From Octopus sinensis (Eukaryota): a stretch of DNA of 64,000 bases. Of this stretch, positions 50,961-64,000 are shown one piece after another. Below the pieces are notes generated by a model. The model did no database searches and had not been told where the DNA came from. It was given only the letters and a program-made list of their open reading frames with translations. The position numbers and the translations under genes are program-made. The stretch's first letter is position 1, and every line of letters starts with the position of its first letter. Location of the stretch: positions 1,302,001 to 1,366,000 of the forward strand of contig NC_043009.1 in NCBI RefSeq assembly GCF_006345805.1. The letters are read 5' to 3'.

Positions 50961-52665
50961 GCAGGGAATATACCATGCATATATAATAAATTTATGTAGA
51001 CAAAATGGAATACAAACATGACTAGAAAATGCATTTGCATATAATTAGCATATTTATCACCATTTTCAATGAAGTTCCTTGCAACTTCTCGAGAAACTTT
51101 GAGGTTCTAGAAAAACTCCTGATGGAAAATACTGCATTAGCATGCCTTTTATTTTTTACTTGCTTCAGCCATAAGAACGCGGCCATGCTGGGGCACTTGA
51201 AGGATTTTAATCAAACAAATTGACCCCAGTACTTTTTTTGCTCTAAAGCCTGGAACTTATTCTAATGGTCACTTTTGCTAAACTGCTAAGTTACAAGGAT
51301 GTAAACACACCAACACCGGTTGTCAAGCGGTGATGGGGAACAAACATGGGCACAAAGACTCACAAATAACCAAATCCACTCACAAGGCTTTGGTTGGCCT
51401 GAGGCCATACTAGAAGACACCTGACCAAGGTGTCACACAGTGGAACTGAAACCGGAACCATGTGGTTGGGAAGCAAACTTTCTTATCACACAGCCACACC
51501 TGCACCGATGGCAAAAAGTGGTTGGGAATGCTCGTGGGGGGGGGGGGAGATCTTATCACCAAATGAGGAGTGGTATGCATGAGTACAATATCATAGAGAG
51601 AAACAAGCAAGGTGTCCTTTAGCTACCTGTCCCTCACCATCACAAAAGGTGGAGGAAATCTAGTCCCCACCTGCCATGTTTGTTGTCATTATAGGAGGGT
51701 GAGTGTGGTGGTGGGGAGAGGGTGGACAAGGAAACCTGTTGTAATTAAAATAAACAACAGTAACAACAGTACATATATGTACTAATATGTGTATATGCTA
51801 CATGCATATATGTGTATATGCTACATGCATATACACACACAGACATTCATATATTCATATATGTATACACATTCATATATGTATACACACACACACATAT
51901 ATATACTACACACATGTACTTATACGTGCAAAAACACTACACACACACATATTATATATATATATACACACTACATACATATTACATAGATATGTATACA
52001 TACTACACACACACACATACTATACACATTGCACACATATACTTACATATTACACATGCATATATATATATATATATATATATACTACACATATGTACAT
52101 AAGCCACACGTGTGAAAAGTATATGCATAGGTGCAGGAACGACTGAGAAGAAGCATGCTTCCCGACCACATAGTTCTGGGTTCAAGCCCACTGCATGGCA
52201 CCTTGGGCAAGCCTTGTGAGTAGATTTGGTAGATGGAAACGGAATGAAGCCCATTGTATATATGTGTATTTGTGTTTATCTCCCACCACTGCTTGACAAC
52301 TGGTGTTGGTGTGTTTATGTCCCCATAACTTAGCAGTTTGGCAAAAGAGACCAATAGGATAAATATTAGGCTCAACAAAAAATAAGATTCTTCACAGCAG
52401 TGCTCCATTATGGGCACAGTCTAATGACTGAAGCAAGTAAGAAAAATATAAACATGCACACAGACTTGTGGCCACTGATGACGTCATGTACCTGGCACCG
52501 GTGCCAGTGGCACGTAGAAAGTACCTTTGGGGAGCTGGGCTTCAATGAGGCAATGACAAATGACCAAAACCTTTGATAATATGCTGTGCTTGAGAAGAAG
52601 GCCTATGAAGCCTAGTGAAGTTGTAGTCATGGCATATACTGGTGTCATATAAAGGCCACACATGT

Positions 52666-52960
52666 GGAGGCGCAATGGCCCAGTGGTTAGGGCAGTGGAC
52701 TCGCAGTCGGAGGATCACGGTTTCGATTCTCAGACTCAGCGTTGTGTGTGTTTATTGAGCGAAAACACCTAAAGCTCCACGAGGCTCTGGCAGGGGGTGG
52801 TGGCGACCCCTGTTGTACTCTTTCACACCAACTTTCTCTCACTTTCTCTTCCTGTTTCTTGAGTAACGCTGCAATGGGAACACATACGCCACTGAAAGCG
52901 GGAAACCGGGCCTATGAGCCTGGCTAGGCTTGAAAAGGGTGCATAAATAAATAAAAAAAA
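52666..52960 (+). mobile_element. SINE family D (tRNA-like head ggaggcgcaatggcccagtggttaggg), inserted inside a family C copy
   Basis: A box tggcccagtgg, B box ggtttcgattc, (taaa)n tail. Second copy at 43675-43975(-). The host family C element continues on both sides (52470-52665, 52975-53155). Confidence 0.85.
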
Positions 52961-53386
52961 GACAAGCACATATATAGGTGGCACATAAAAACACCCACTG
53001 CACTCTTGGAGTGGTTGGCATTAGGAAGAGCATCCAGCCGTAGAAACCATGCCAAATCAGACTGGAGTCTGGTGTAGCTCCTCAGTTTACCAGCCCTGGT
53101 CAAACTGTTGAACCCATGCCAGAGAGACAACGGACACTAAACGATGATAATGATTACACTCACACACACACACATATATTGGGCTGCAAGCTGGCAGAAT
53201 CGTTAGCTTGCCAGGTGAAATGCTTAGCGGTATTTCGTCTGCCATTACAATCTGGGTTCAAATTCTGCCAAGGTCGACTTTGCCTTTCATCCTTTTGGGG
53301 TCAATTAAATAAGTACCAGTTATGCACTAGGGTCAATGTAATTGACTTAATCTCTGTCTGTTCTTTGTGCAATAAAGAAATATCTA

Positions 53387-53419
<33 letters not shown>

Positions 53420-54675
53420 TTACATACAAACACAACTTCCATTCATGACTACAAACAGGCATACACAATTACATCGGTCAATCGATAAATACATTCTTAC
53501 AGACATAATCACAAATTTACACATATATAAATACTATTTACATTTGACAATATATAAAGTGTGAAAAAAAAAAGAAAAAGAAAGAAACAAACAAAACAGT
53601 ATGCATAACCTATTACCATAATATGTCAATCAAAATGAATGTTCTAATTTACCATAGAAATCATTTATACTTTAAATATATAAAATTCATGGGCAAGTAT
53701 TTATTTTGTTGCTAGCCATATAAAGACTCCAAGCTTCATAAATAATGCAAGCATTGCATTCTGTATATAAGTAATATGCATATCAAGGGTTGAATTCATT
53801 GAATATCATTTATTAGTTGAAATATTCAGTGTTAAAATATGGACATTTGTCTGAAATTAACTGTCATAACTGGATGAATTTTATTTCTTTTTCATTCTCT
53901 CTATCAGTCTCTTTCCCTGCTCTTTAATAAGAGAGAAAAAAAAGGAAGAAACCTGTGTGTGTCATCAATTTTTTTGTTTCTTTTTTCATTTTTTTCTCTC
54001 TTTATTTCTTTATTTATTTATCTATGTATTTGCTTATTGAACAACATAACAGGGCAAACAATTTGAATTATCCATGTGACATTAGTATGATTCTAAAATT
54101 TGACCTAGAACAATCCAGAGGGAAGTATATTTATCACCAGCAATATAAACTCATAGGTCTTCGGCTTGTAATGGTTTGATTAGTGCAAACACATAAAACT
54201 CTTGGACCTTGAGTTATTCTGTTCCTTTTGCTAAATATTAATAAAAATATCCATACACTCATATTTTGAGTTCTAGTTTCTCTTTTTGCATCAACATACC
54301 TGTGTGTGTGTGTGTGGACCCGTGCCAATGTCATGTTAAGAGCACTTTTCGAGCATTGAGCCTCAGGGAGGCAAAGTGGCTGAGTTCCTTTCGAGTGTTG
54401 GGCCCCAGGGAGGCAATTGCCGACACCTTTGGCACTATGTTGTACTTGAGAAGGAGATTCATCAAGCCGAGCAAAATTGCAGTCGTGGTAGATAATGGTG
54501 TCAAGCTGGTGGCACATAAAAGCACCTATTACACCGCCAGAGTGGTTGGCATTAGGAAGGGCATCCAACCATAGAAAACCAGACTGGAGTCTGGTGCAGC
54601 TTTCCTGCTTACCAGCTCTGGTCAAACCATCCAACCCATACCAGCATGGACAATTGACGTTAAATGATGATGATG

Positions 54676-54706
<31 letters not shown>

Positions 54707-55497
54707 ATTGAAGAATGAATTACATGCATGATATAGATATCCATGGAGAAAATGAGAACATATTGGAAGAATCTGGCAAAAGGCCTTTTGTCATATTCTT
54801 CTGATGAGTGAGAGATGGTTTTACTTAATGGAGCTGGCAGAAACGTTAGCACGTCGGGCGAAATGCTTAGCGGTATTTTGTCTGCCATGACGTTGTGAGT
54901 TCAAATCCTGCTGAGGTCGACTTTGCCTTTCATCCTTTCGGGGTCGATAAATTAAGTACCAGTTACGCACTGGGGTCGATGTAATCGATTTAATCCCTTT
55001 GTCTGTCCTTGTTTGTCCTCTCTATGTTTAGACCCTTGTGGGTAATAAAGAAATATATTATATATGAATGTGATTTCAAGCCACAATTCATCCGAAACAG
55101 CTGTCAAGATTATGCTATTACATATCTCCTTTCATTTATTTTACATATCAGATTGCAGTCTGGTGCAGCTAGTCTTCAGTCAAACCGTCCAACTCATGCC
55201 AGCCTAGAAAGCAGATATTAAATGATGATGATCATAGTATTGACTAGACTATTGGATGTTGTTACATATCGCTGGTCACAATGTGCTTTGCCACCTGACT
55301 GGTTAGGTGAGCAGGCCAACATTCCTCCCGATTGGAAGGCTATTCCATCACTGGGTCACACATTTCCATTTGAGTGTGCTGGAGCAATGTGAAATGAAGT
55401 GTCTTGCTCAAGAACACAATCCATCACCTGTCTGGGAATCAAACCTGTAACCTGGCAATCATGAGTGCAACACCCTAACCATGAGGCTACACACCTT

Positions 55498-55528
<31 letters not shown>

Positions 55529-55575
55529 GCATGTATATAAATATATATTTATGTATATATACATGTGTGTGTGTG

Positions 55576-55605
<30 letters not shown>

Positions 55606-55611
<6 letters not shown>

Positions 55612-55810
55612 GGTGGATGAAAAGTTCCTGGCTTTGGGTAAAAGAAAATACAAGAGGATCAGTTAATAATGGTTTTATCCAACATATTCCCCTCTCAGAT
55701 TCACACTCTTATTGCAGTGGTCCTTTAGTTTTTCTAAGCTCTGTAAAAGTATTTGGAAGGTTGGGCATTCGCGATACCTTTAAAGTAAGAAACTTTTCAG
55801 CAGCCTCTCA
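55606..55810 (-). mobile_element. Mariner-derived MITE (~205 bp), copy 2
   Basis: TA|tgagagggtggatgaaaagttcc ... aaacttttcagcagcctctca|TA. The interior is the reverse complement of 1339-1555. Confidence 0.75.
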
Positions 55811-55855
55811 TATATGTAAGTCTATATAATAAATGTATATAAATATGTACACATG

Positions 55856-55900
<45 letters not shown>

Positions 55901-58393
55901 TATATATATAAATGTGCGCGTGTGTGTGTATATATCATCATCATTGTCGTTTAACATCTGCTTTCTATGCTGGCATGGGTTGGATGGTTTGACTGAGGAC
56001 TGGTGAGCCAGAGGCTGCACCAGGCTCTATCTGATCTGGCAAAATTTCTACAACTGGATGCCCTTCCTAATGCCAACCACTCCAAGAGTGTAGCTGATGC
56101 TTTTACGTGCCACCAGCACGCTTGAAAGGTGTTTTTTACCTGCACGGGAGCCAGTCCAGCAGCACTGGCCACGCTCGAATGTTGTTTTTCACGTGTCACC
56201 AGCATGTGTTGGTAAGGCAATGCTGGCAACAATCACGCTCGAATGGTGCACTTTATGTGCCACCGGCACAGGTGCCAGGGTAGGCTGGCAGCGGACACGA
56301 TAGGTTGGTGCTTTTTACTTGCCACTGGCATGGAAGCCAGTCAAGGTGGCGCTGGCATCGGCCACGTTCGGATGGTGCTTTTTACATGCCACCGGCACAG
56401 GTATCATACTACAATTTCCATTTGATTTTTATTTTGATGTTGATGTACTTGACTCAATAAGTCTCCTCAAGCACAGCAGGTTGCCCTATGATCGCAGATA
56501 AGCACAGCATGCCATTCTACATTTAAAATATTTTCCTTTGATATCATTTTTCAGTTATATTATGATAAAAGAATTTTTTTTTGTATATAAAATTATTACA
56601 AAAAAATTGAAGAAAATATTTCAAACTCGATTTGTAAAGAAAGACAAGTAAAATAAACTTGACAAATAGTAATATAAAACACAAGATAAAAAAAAAAGGA
56701 ACTACCATATCAGTTTGGTGCCTTATAGATTGAGTCTTTAGAGGTTTACTTGTTGCCTTCAAGCTTGACTTATAAGGTTACTTTGTAGCCTTATAAGGTA
56801 AAGAGATCATTAACTGGTGTGTCTATATGATTGTCCAACAACAAAAGTAAATTATTGTATGTGTGATAATTGGTTTTCACAAAAAGAACCCCAAAAAACA
56901 AACAAACAAATAAAAAATAAAACAGGAGAATGTCAAGAAATAAATGACAAAAAAAAGAACAACAGGGACACATATAGGTCAGCTTAAATAAATTAATATA
57001 CATGAGAAGAGGTTAAGAGTGGGAGTAACAATGGAACAACTTACGTTGAGTGTATTTTAACCTACAAATCGAAGTTTAAGCCCAAATATTTCTCTACTGG
57101 AACAATATGAATAAAAGAGAAAAGAGCTGTGGCTGAAGATACTGAAGATACACATAGACAATACAGTAACTGCTTTGGGGGAAGTGTATTATTAGATCAC
57201 AATAACCAGTTGATAACAAAGTAAATAGTTTGGGGATTCATTAATTATGATGACTGGAAGTCATTGGTATTCATAATTAAGTAGGTTCCACTATGGTTGT
57301 GTGGGTATACATTTACACACATGAATATATGTACACACACACTATATATAGTGTGTGTAATATATATATATAGTGTGTGTAATATATATATATAGTGTGT
57401 GTAATATATATATATATTTAAAGTGTATGTATGTATATATATATTGTTGGAATTTACAGAAAAACAAAAGGTGTATAAACAACAAACAGGTGTATTAGTT
57501 CAATGCTCGGGAAGGTGAGAAAGTCTTTTACATTTTGAGCCTACGCTCTTCAACAGAAAGGAACACAAGGAAATAAACAGAGAGAGAATAAAGAAAAGCT
57601 TTAGGGGCTAGTGGTCAATCGCGCGCGTGTGTTTGTGTGTGTGTGTGTGTGTGTAAGATATATATATCTTTTACTCTCTTTTACTTGTTTCAGTCATTTG
57701 ACTGTGGCCATGCTGAGCACCGCCTTTAGTCGAGCAAATCGATCCCAGGACTTATTCTTTGTAAGCCTAGTACTTATTCTATTGGTCTCTTTTTGCCAAA
57801 CTGCTAAGTTACGGGGACGTAAACACACCAACTTCGGTTGTCAAGCGATGTTGGTGGGACAAATAGACACACAAACATATACACACACATACATATATAT
57901 GGATATATATGATGGGTTTCTTTCAGTTTCCGTCTACCAAATCCACTCACAAGGCTTTGGTCGGCCCAAGGCTATAATAGAAGACACTTGCCCAAGGTGC
58001 CATGTAGTGGGAATGAACCCAGTTCCACGTGGTTGGTAAGCAAGCTACTTATCACACAGCCACTCCTACGTCTAATATATATCATCATCATCATCATTGC
58101 TTAACGTCCGCTTTCCATGTTAGCATGGGTTGGACGATTTTTGACTGAGGGCTGGCGAACCAGATGGCTGCACCAGGCTCTAATCTTGATCTGGCAGAAT
58201 TTCTACAGCTGGATGCCCTTCCTAACGCCAACCAATCCGAGAGTGTAGCGGGAGCTTTTTACGTGCCATTCAGGCGGTACAGGCAACGACCTCGCTCGAA
58301 TCTTTTTACACATGCCACCGGCACAGGTGCCAGTAAGGCGACGCTGGTAATGATCACGCTCGAATGGTGCCTTTTATGTGCCACCGACACGGA

Positions 58394-58424
<31 letters not shown>

Positions 58425-58686
58425 TTCATACATATACTAACATACACATATGAATATGTATATTGTCAATGAAATGATTAATATTTATTATATAAACATA
58501 ATAAATTGAAATTATGGAAACATGTACAACAGTTATTTCAATAAATCCTTGTAAATCTATGGAAATATTTGGTAGACAGGCAGGAGACAGGGAAGAGAAA
58601 ACTGAAAAGAATAGATAAGTGAAGGGATGGTATGCTTAACTTGTCATAAATGACTGTGAAGGCAGGTTTTAGGATTTGAATTGACA

Positions 58687-58688
<2 letters not shown>

Positions 58689-58756
<68 letters not shown>
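58689..58756. repeat. (CAGG)n/(CCTG)n microsatellite, about 17 units, grading from GACA and into GGTA/GATA
   Basis: Direct reading. Confidence 0.95.
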
Positions 58757-58924
58757 TAGGTAGATAGATTTAGGCAGGTATATATAGCTTCCCAATCACA
58801 TGGTTCTGAGCTCAGTCCAACTTTGAGGCACTTTGGGCAAGTGTCTTCTATAATCTTGGGCTGACCAAAGCCTTGTGAGTGGATTTGGTAGACGGAAACT
58901 GAAAGAAGCCTGTCATTGTGTGTA

Positions 58925-59240
58925 GGTAGATAGATAGATAGATGGGTAGATAGATAGATATAGATAGATAGAGAGATATATAGATAGATAGATAAATAGA
59001 TAGATAAGTAGATAGATAGATAAGTAGATAGATAAGTAGATAGATAGATAAGTAGATAGATAAGTAGATAGATAGATAAGTAGATAGATAGATAGATAGA
59101 TAGATATAGGTAGATAGGTAGATAGATAAATAGATAGATAGATAGGTAGATAGATAGATAAGTAGATAGATAGGTAGATAGATAGATAGATAGATAGATA
59201 GGTAGATAGAAAGGTGGATAGATAGATAGGTAGATAGAAA
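58925..59240. repeat. Compound (GATA)n microsatellite
   Basis: Direct reading; a similar GACA/GATA tract lies at 17345-17610. Confidence 0.95.
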
Positions 59241-59714
59241 ATGTAGATTAGGTTGATAGATAAATAGATAGAACAATTTGTTTGACAGAAGATAGACAGA
59301 TGAGATAGATAGATAGACTGACAGACAGAGACAGCAGGCTAGATATTGGAATATTTCTTTGAATAAGTTTAGTGACATATGAATTGTAAAAGTAAAAATT
59401 AACTTTCTTCTTCCCATGTTCCTCCTCACATCCCTTGTCATCCTGCAAGGATTGCAATCTACATTTGCTGTTGTTGTTAATGTTTCTAGATTATTATTAT
59501 TATTATTATTATTATTATCAGTCTGTCAGTATTAATGAAGCCTTAGGAAAATAAGTACATTCAATGATTACTATTTGGGACTGAGCCTTTTTTATGGTTA
59601 AACTGACTGGTTGATAAGATTAAGCAAAAACCATATCAAGATACTGAGCAAGTTTGGGACCCACAAATTTTGATACCAGTATCTGTTTGATGTCCCTTTG
59701 CCATTTATCTAATT

Positions 59715-59900
59715 TCATTCCATCTCCATCGTGACAGATCATTTTGAAGCTGAACGAGAGAGGAAAGAGGAAAAGAAACGACAAGAAAGGAAATGGAGGC
59801 TGCAACAACCACAGCCTCCACCACGGATCCCTTTGTGAACTTTGCAACAAACGCTTCCATGCAAGAATTGGCCTAATTAGTCATGAGAGGCATAAACACG
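59715..59900 (+). mobile_element. RTE LINE 3' fragment
   Basis: HFEAERERKEEKKRQERK.. frameshift ..CELCNKRFHARIGLISHERHKH matches the RTE C-terminal zinc knuckle C..C.R.F.ARIGL.SH.R.H. Confidence 0.72.
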
Positions 59901-59995
59901 GACAGAGGGGAAGAAGTGGTCAAGAGGAAACCAAATGAATTATTAAACACGATACAATGCTGGCAAATTTCATCTAATTATATATATGTAAATAT

Positions 59996-60022
<27 letters not shown>

Positions 60023-60028
<6 letters not shown>

Positions 60029-60856
60029 TAGAAGAAATGAGGTACTCAGAAGATCGGATGGTTTATATTTACAGATATTTATTTGTATATTACATTTTTT
60101 ATATATATATATATCATATCACTTAGATCATCAGCGCTTTCTCCCATTCTAGTTGAGTTGCATAGATAGTCTTTCTCCTTATCTGTAAAGGAGTCCTGGT
60201 ATTCATTGACTAAAGTTCTAATTTTTGTTATTGTTGCTTTCTCTGGTGGTGTTGGTTCCTCTTTATACTATGTCTGCTTGTTCAGCAACTCCAGTATCTT
60301 TTCTTTGTAGTAATCTGTGTCCATAATTCCTATTGCTCCACCTTTGTCAGCTTCTTTTGTAATGATTGATTTGTCATTTTTCAGTTTTTGTAAGGTTTGT
60401 TTTTCTCCTCTGCGGAGATTCTGTTTGCATTTGTGTGTGTTGAGAGGGAATTTGGATATTGTCTCTATGTATGCGTCAAGGTGTTTGTCACTTCCCTTGT
60501 AAGGGGTGAAATGGGATTTTTTTCTTATGATTGAGTTATCTTCTGTTTCTTTATATTCAAAGAATTCCATAAGGCGGAGGTGGCGGCTGAGGTTGTCTAT
60601 ATCAGTTTTTAGTTCTATGAGGTTTGGAGTGGGTGTAGGTGTAAATTTGAGGTATTTTAACTCCTCACACAGGAACTTAGTTTGATTTGAAAACCCCACT
60701 AGAATGGGAGAAAGCGCTAATGATCTAAGTGATATGATATATATATATATATATAAAATGTAATATACAAATAAATATCTGTAAATATAAACCATCTGAT
60801 CTTCTGAGTACCTCATTTCTTTTAATATATAATACCTGTACATCATCTCCAAACCT

Positions 60857-60901
<45 letters not shown>

Positions 60902-60960
60902 GTTATAATAAAAACCACAGCTACCCAGGGTTTCCTGGTCGAAATAATAATTTCATCAAT
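60023..60960 (-). mobile_element. Penelope-like element fragment (RT-upstream region) flanked by ~131-bp inverted repeats
   Basis: ORF 60268-60966 contains LKFTPTPTPN...NLRRGEKQTLQKLKNDKSIITKEADKGGAIGIMD, the characteristic PLE motif (L.FTPTP...NL...E..AL..L..D..I.IK.ADKGGA.V.MD). IR arms at 60023-60153 and 60698-60830. Confidence 0.8.
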
Positions 60961-61259
60961 TTTCAAGCTGAGAACTCTGGGTATCAGTATTTAACAAGGT
61001 TTGGGGTTTTTATTATAAAATTATTTTTATTCTCTTAGCTGATTGAGTGTTTTTCTACTTGTTGAAGCCTTACCACATGATGTTTGTATCACCATCATCA
61101 TCCTCATTTAATGTCTGTTGTCCATGCTCGCATGGGTTGGATGCTTTGACCAGAGCTGGTAAGCTGGAGAACTGCACCAGACTCAAGCCTGATTTAGCAT
61201 AGTTTCTATGGCCAGATGCCCTTCCCATCACTAACCACTTTACAGTCTATGCCAGGTGC

Positions 61260-61600
61260 TTCTACATGGCACTACATGGGTGCTTTTACATGACACAGTA
61301 TGGGCATACATGGAACCACATGGGTACTCCTATGTGGCACTACAGGGCACTTATGTGGCACTGTGTGAGCATTTTTATGTGGCACCATGTAGGTACTTTT
61401 ATGTGGAACCACATGGGAACTTTTATGTGGCACCACATGGGCACTTTTATGTGACACCATATGGACACTTTTATGTGGAACCACATGGACACTTATGTGG
61501 AACCACATGGACACTTATGTGGAACCACATGGACACTTTTATGTGGAACCACATGGGCACTTTTATGTGGAACCATATGGACACTTTTATGTGGCACTGC
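61260..61600. repeat. 22/24-bp minisatellite (ggcacttttatgtggaaccacatg) expanded inside a family C element
   Basis: About 13 degenerate units, the source of the MWNHMDTF pseudo-ORFs. The unit resembles the family C module gtgcttttacgtgccacc. Confidence 0.85.
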
Positions 61601-61809
61601 AACAAGTGCTTTACAGACTCCAGTCTGTTTTGGCATGGTTTCTATGGCTGGATGCTCTACCTAACTCCAATCATTCTGAGAATGTAGTGGGTACTTTTAT
61701 GTGCCACCCACATGGGTGCCATTTGCATGACACCAGTATCTGCCATGGCTGTGGTTTTACCTGGCTTGATGGGTCTTCTCAATATTGGCTTTGTCTGGCT
61801 TGATGGGTC

Positions 61810-61848
<39 letters not shown>

Positions 61849-62691
61849 CACACACGCACACAAACATCAGAAAGATGAATGGAGAATTATACATCATTGT
61901 AAATTATTTATGACAATATTATTCTCAATTCTTTTTTATGATGTCTTCACTATAAACTCTACATGCTGTATGAAGTCCAATGAAATGAACTCTGGATTTA
62001 CCTATCAAGTGAAGTACTGCTTAATTACCCTTCCTGTTGCTAAACCTCACCTGTTTGCAAGGTAAGGTTATACTTCACTATGGGCAGAAATGTGGTGCAT
62101 GGCAGACCGAAAAAACATTGTATGACAGTGAAACTTATTCATGTGTATGAATATACACATATATGTGTACGTGTGCTTGTGTGCTCGTAAGTATGCATGT
62201 ATGTCTAAGTGAATGCTGACATTCCCAAGTCTGAGCAGGAGACAATCTCAACAAATTTACAGAGATGTCATTTTACATTCCTTGTGAATAAAACATCCTG
62301 CATCACTATTTTAAAAGCCTAGTGAAATAAAAATAATCCCTAACTTGAAAAACAAGTGAAAATCGGCAACAAAAAGGGCATCTTGTCATAAAATACTGTC
62401 TGCTGCAATCTAGCACTTTCTCTGATTTCATCACACTAGTTTGGTTTTGGTGGCAGTGGCCTTCAGGAAACATTCATATTAACTAGAGAAGCAAATTATA
62501 AACTATTATTATTGCTTTGTCTATCTTTGATAGAACCGTCCTATTCAGTAATGGTTCAAAATGATGCAGCTAAGATTTATCTTATCTGAAATGAGCTTAT
62601 GGACTAAAATGAAAAACAGGGATAAAATCGACTTGCAGATATGGTATTAAATCTTTGCTTTGTTACTGTCTCTCTCTCAAATACACACACA

Positions 62692-62748
<57 letters not shown>

Positions 62749-64000
62749 AAATTCCTGTGACTGCATTTGTGTGCATGTATATATTGTGTGTGAATGTATA
62801 TATATATATTCCCACCCATGCTAGCATGAAAGACGGATGTTAAATGACGACGATGATGGTGGTGTATGTGTTTGTGTGTGTGTGTGTGTATATACTATAT
62901 GCTTATGTATGCACACACACACACACACACACACACTTTCCTATGGAAGTCTAAGTATGGTGAGTCATATATAATTTATGAAATATCAATCAAAATATAC
63001 AGTCACATAAAAGGAACATATTTCAACACAATCATTATTCATTAGTCTGTTTTGAATCTTTTCAAAATATATTTCAAAATGAAGTCTGACATTTTCAATT
63101 ATCATTATTATCATTATTATTATCATCATCATCATCATCGTCTTTATTATTATTACTATCATTATTATGCAAAAAATAATGTTATTGATTTCTTACATAA
63201 ACACAAAAGCATCAGTTTTGGAAAGGAATGGGGAAGCGGTATTTAAGTGTGTTTACTTTTGTAGTTTTCAGGTATTTTGTTTGATGATGGTGAACTTCCC
63301 CCCCAGCAGTGAATTGATGACAGTGGACTCACTGGACACAGAATCTCCCCGAGAAGGCTACATTAAGGCTACACATGTCTGTGGAATACTCAGCCACTTG
63401 CAGGTATCAAACTCATGACCTGATAATCCTGAGCCAAATACTCTAACTGCTAAGCTACACACCCTCCAAAAAAGAAAAATAACAGCAGACACACAAACAT
63501 GATTTCGAGCATGTTTCTATCACATTGCTTGCTAAGAGACGACCCTGATTACGCCACACCATGCTTGCCACTCCCTCTCTGTCTCTCAAATTTGGGAGGA
63601 ATTTAAATCTATTTTCCTCTTCTTATTTTCATTTTTATCTTGTTTTTCAATAATGCTATTTTTATCACCACATGATAATTGGTCAGTTAGTATGCTTAAT
63701 AGGATAGGTTATATAACCACATATCTAAATAAATAGGTTTGTTGTAAATTTGTTTTGGATTATTACATTGAAGAAAACACTTCTGGGGATCAATTTGATC
63801 AACTAACTCTTTCAAGACGTTACCCCAATAAAATTGTAAAAGAATATATTCTGTCCAAGCTGAAGTTTTCTATTTCTTGGGTGTTCTTCAGAGCAAATGT
63901 GCAGCAGAGGGGAAACTTGAATTGATGGAGTGAGGATTTGGCTTTGAATGAATGAACTCTAATACATGTATTGAGTAGTTTTTCTCTCAATTTGACATCC

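Noticed and set aside
52666-52740. tRNA gene (also the heads of SINE families B and E)
   Set aside because: The tRNA-like A/B boxes continue directly into SINE bodies present in many diverged copies; no proper cloverleaf or terminator.
60268-60966. 232-aa ORF as a host gene
   Set aside because: It is a chimera of an inverted-repeat arm, (TA)n and a Penelope fragment.

Overview
Eukaryotic, AT-rich, microsatellite- and SINE-dense genomic DNA whose repeat content (tRNA-derived SINE families, TA/CA/GATA microsatellites) is typical of an Octopus genome. There are no prokaryotic features and no long intact ORF; almost all ORFs in the supplied track are artefacts of microsatellites, SINEs or decayed transposons. 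The only well-supported host coding sequence is a minus-strand exon (2582-2755) encoding the start of a FERM (band 4.1 superfamily) domain. It has a plausible upstream start-codon exon at 12490-12528 and a possible non-coding first exon near 13.3-13.7 kb; the rest of the gene runs off the left edge. A CpG-retaining, partly TE-poor domain (~11.7-30.4 kb) looks like an unmethylated promoter/regulatory region between CpG-depleted flanks. Mobile element relics include a near full-length DD37D (maT) transposon, Tc1, Tigger/pogo and mariner fragments and MITEs, piggyBac-like MITEs, Helitron-like elements, RTE and CR1/L2 LINE fragments, and two Penelope-like loci with inverted terminal repeats, one carrying a degenerate minimal hammerhead ribozyme motif. 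I found no convincing wholly new biological system. The most notable structures are the hammerhead motif, several inverted-repeat-flanked fragments, a chimeric SINE and a 22-bp minisatellite. All analysis was by eye; repeat boundaries are approximate.
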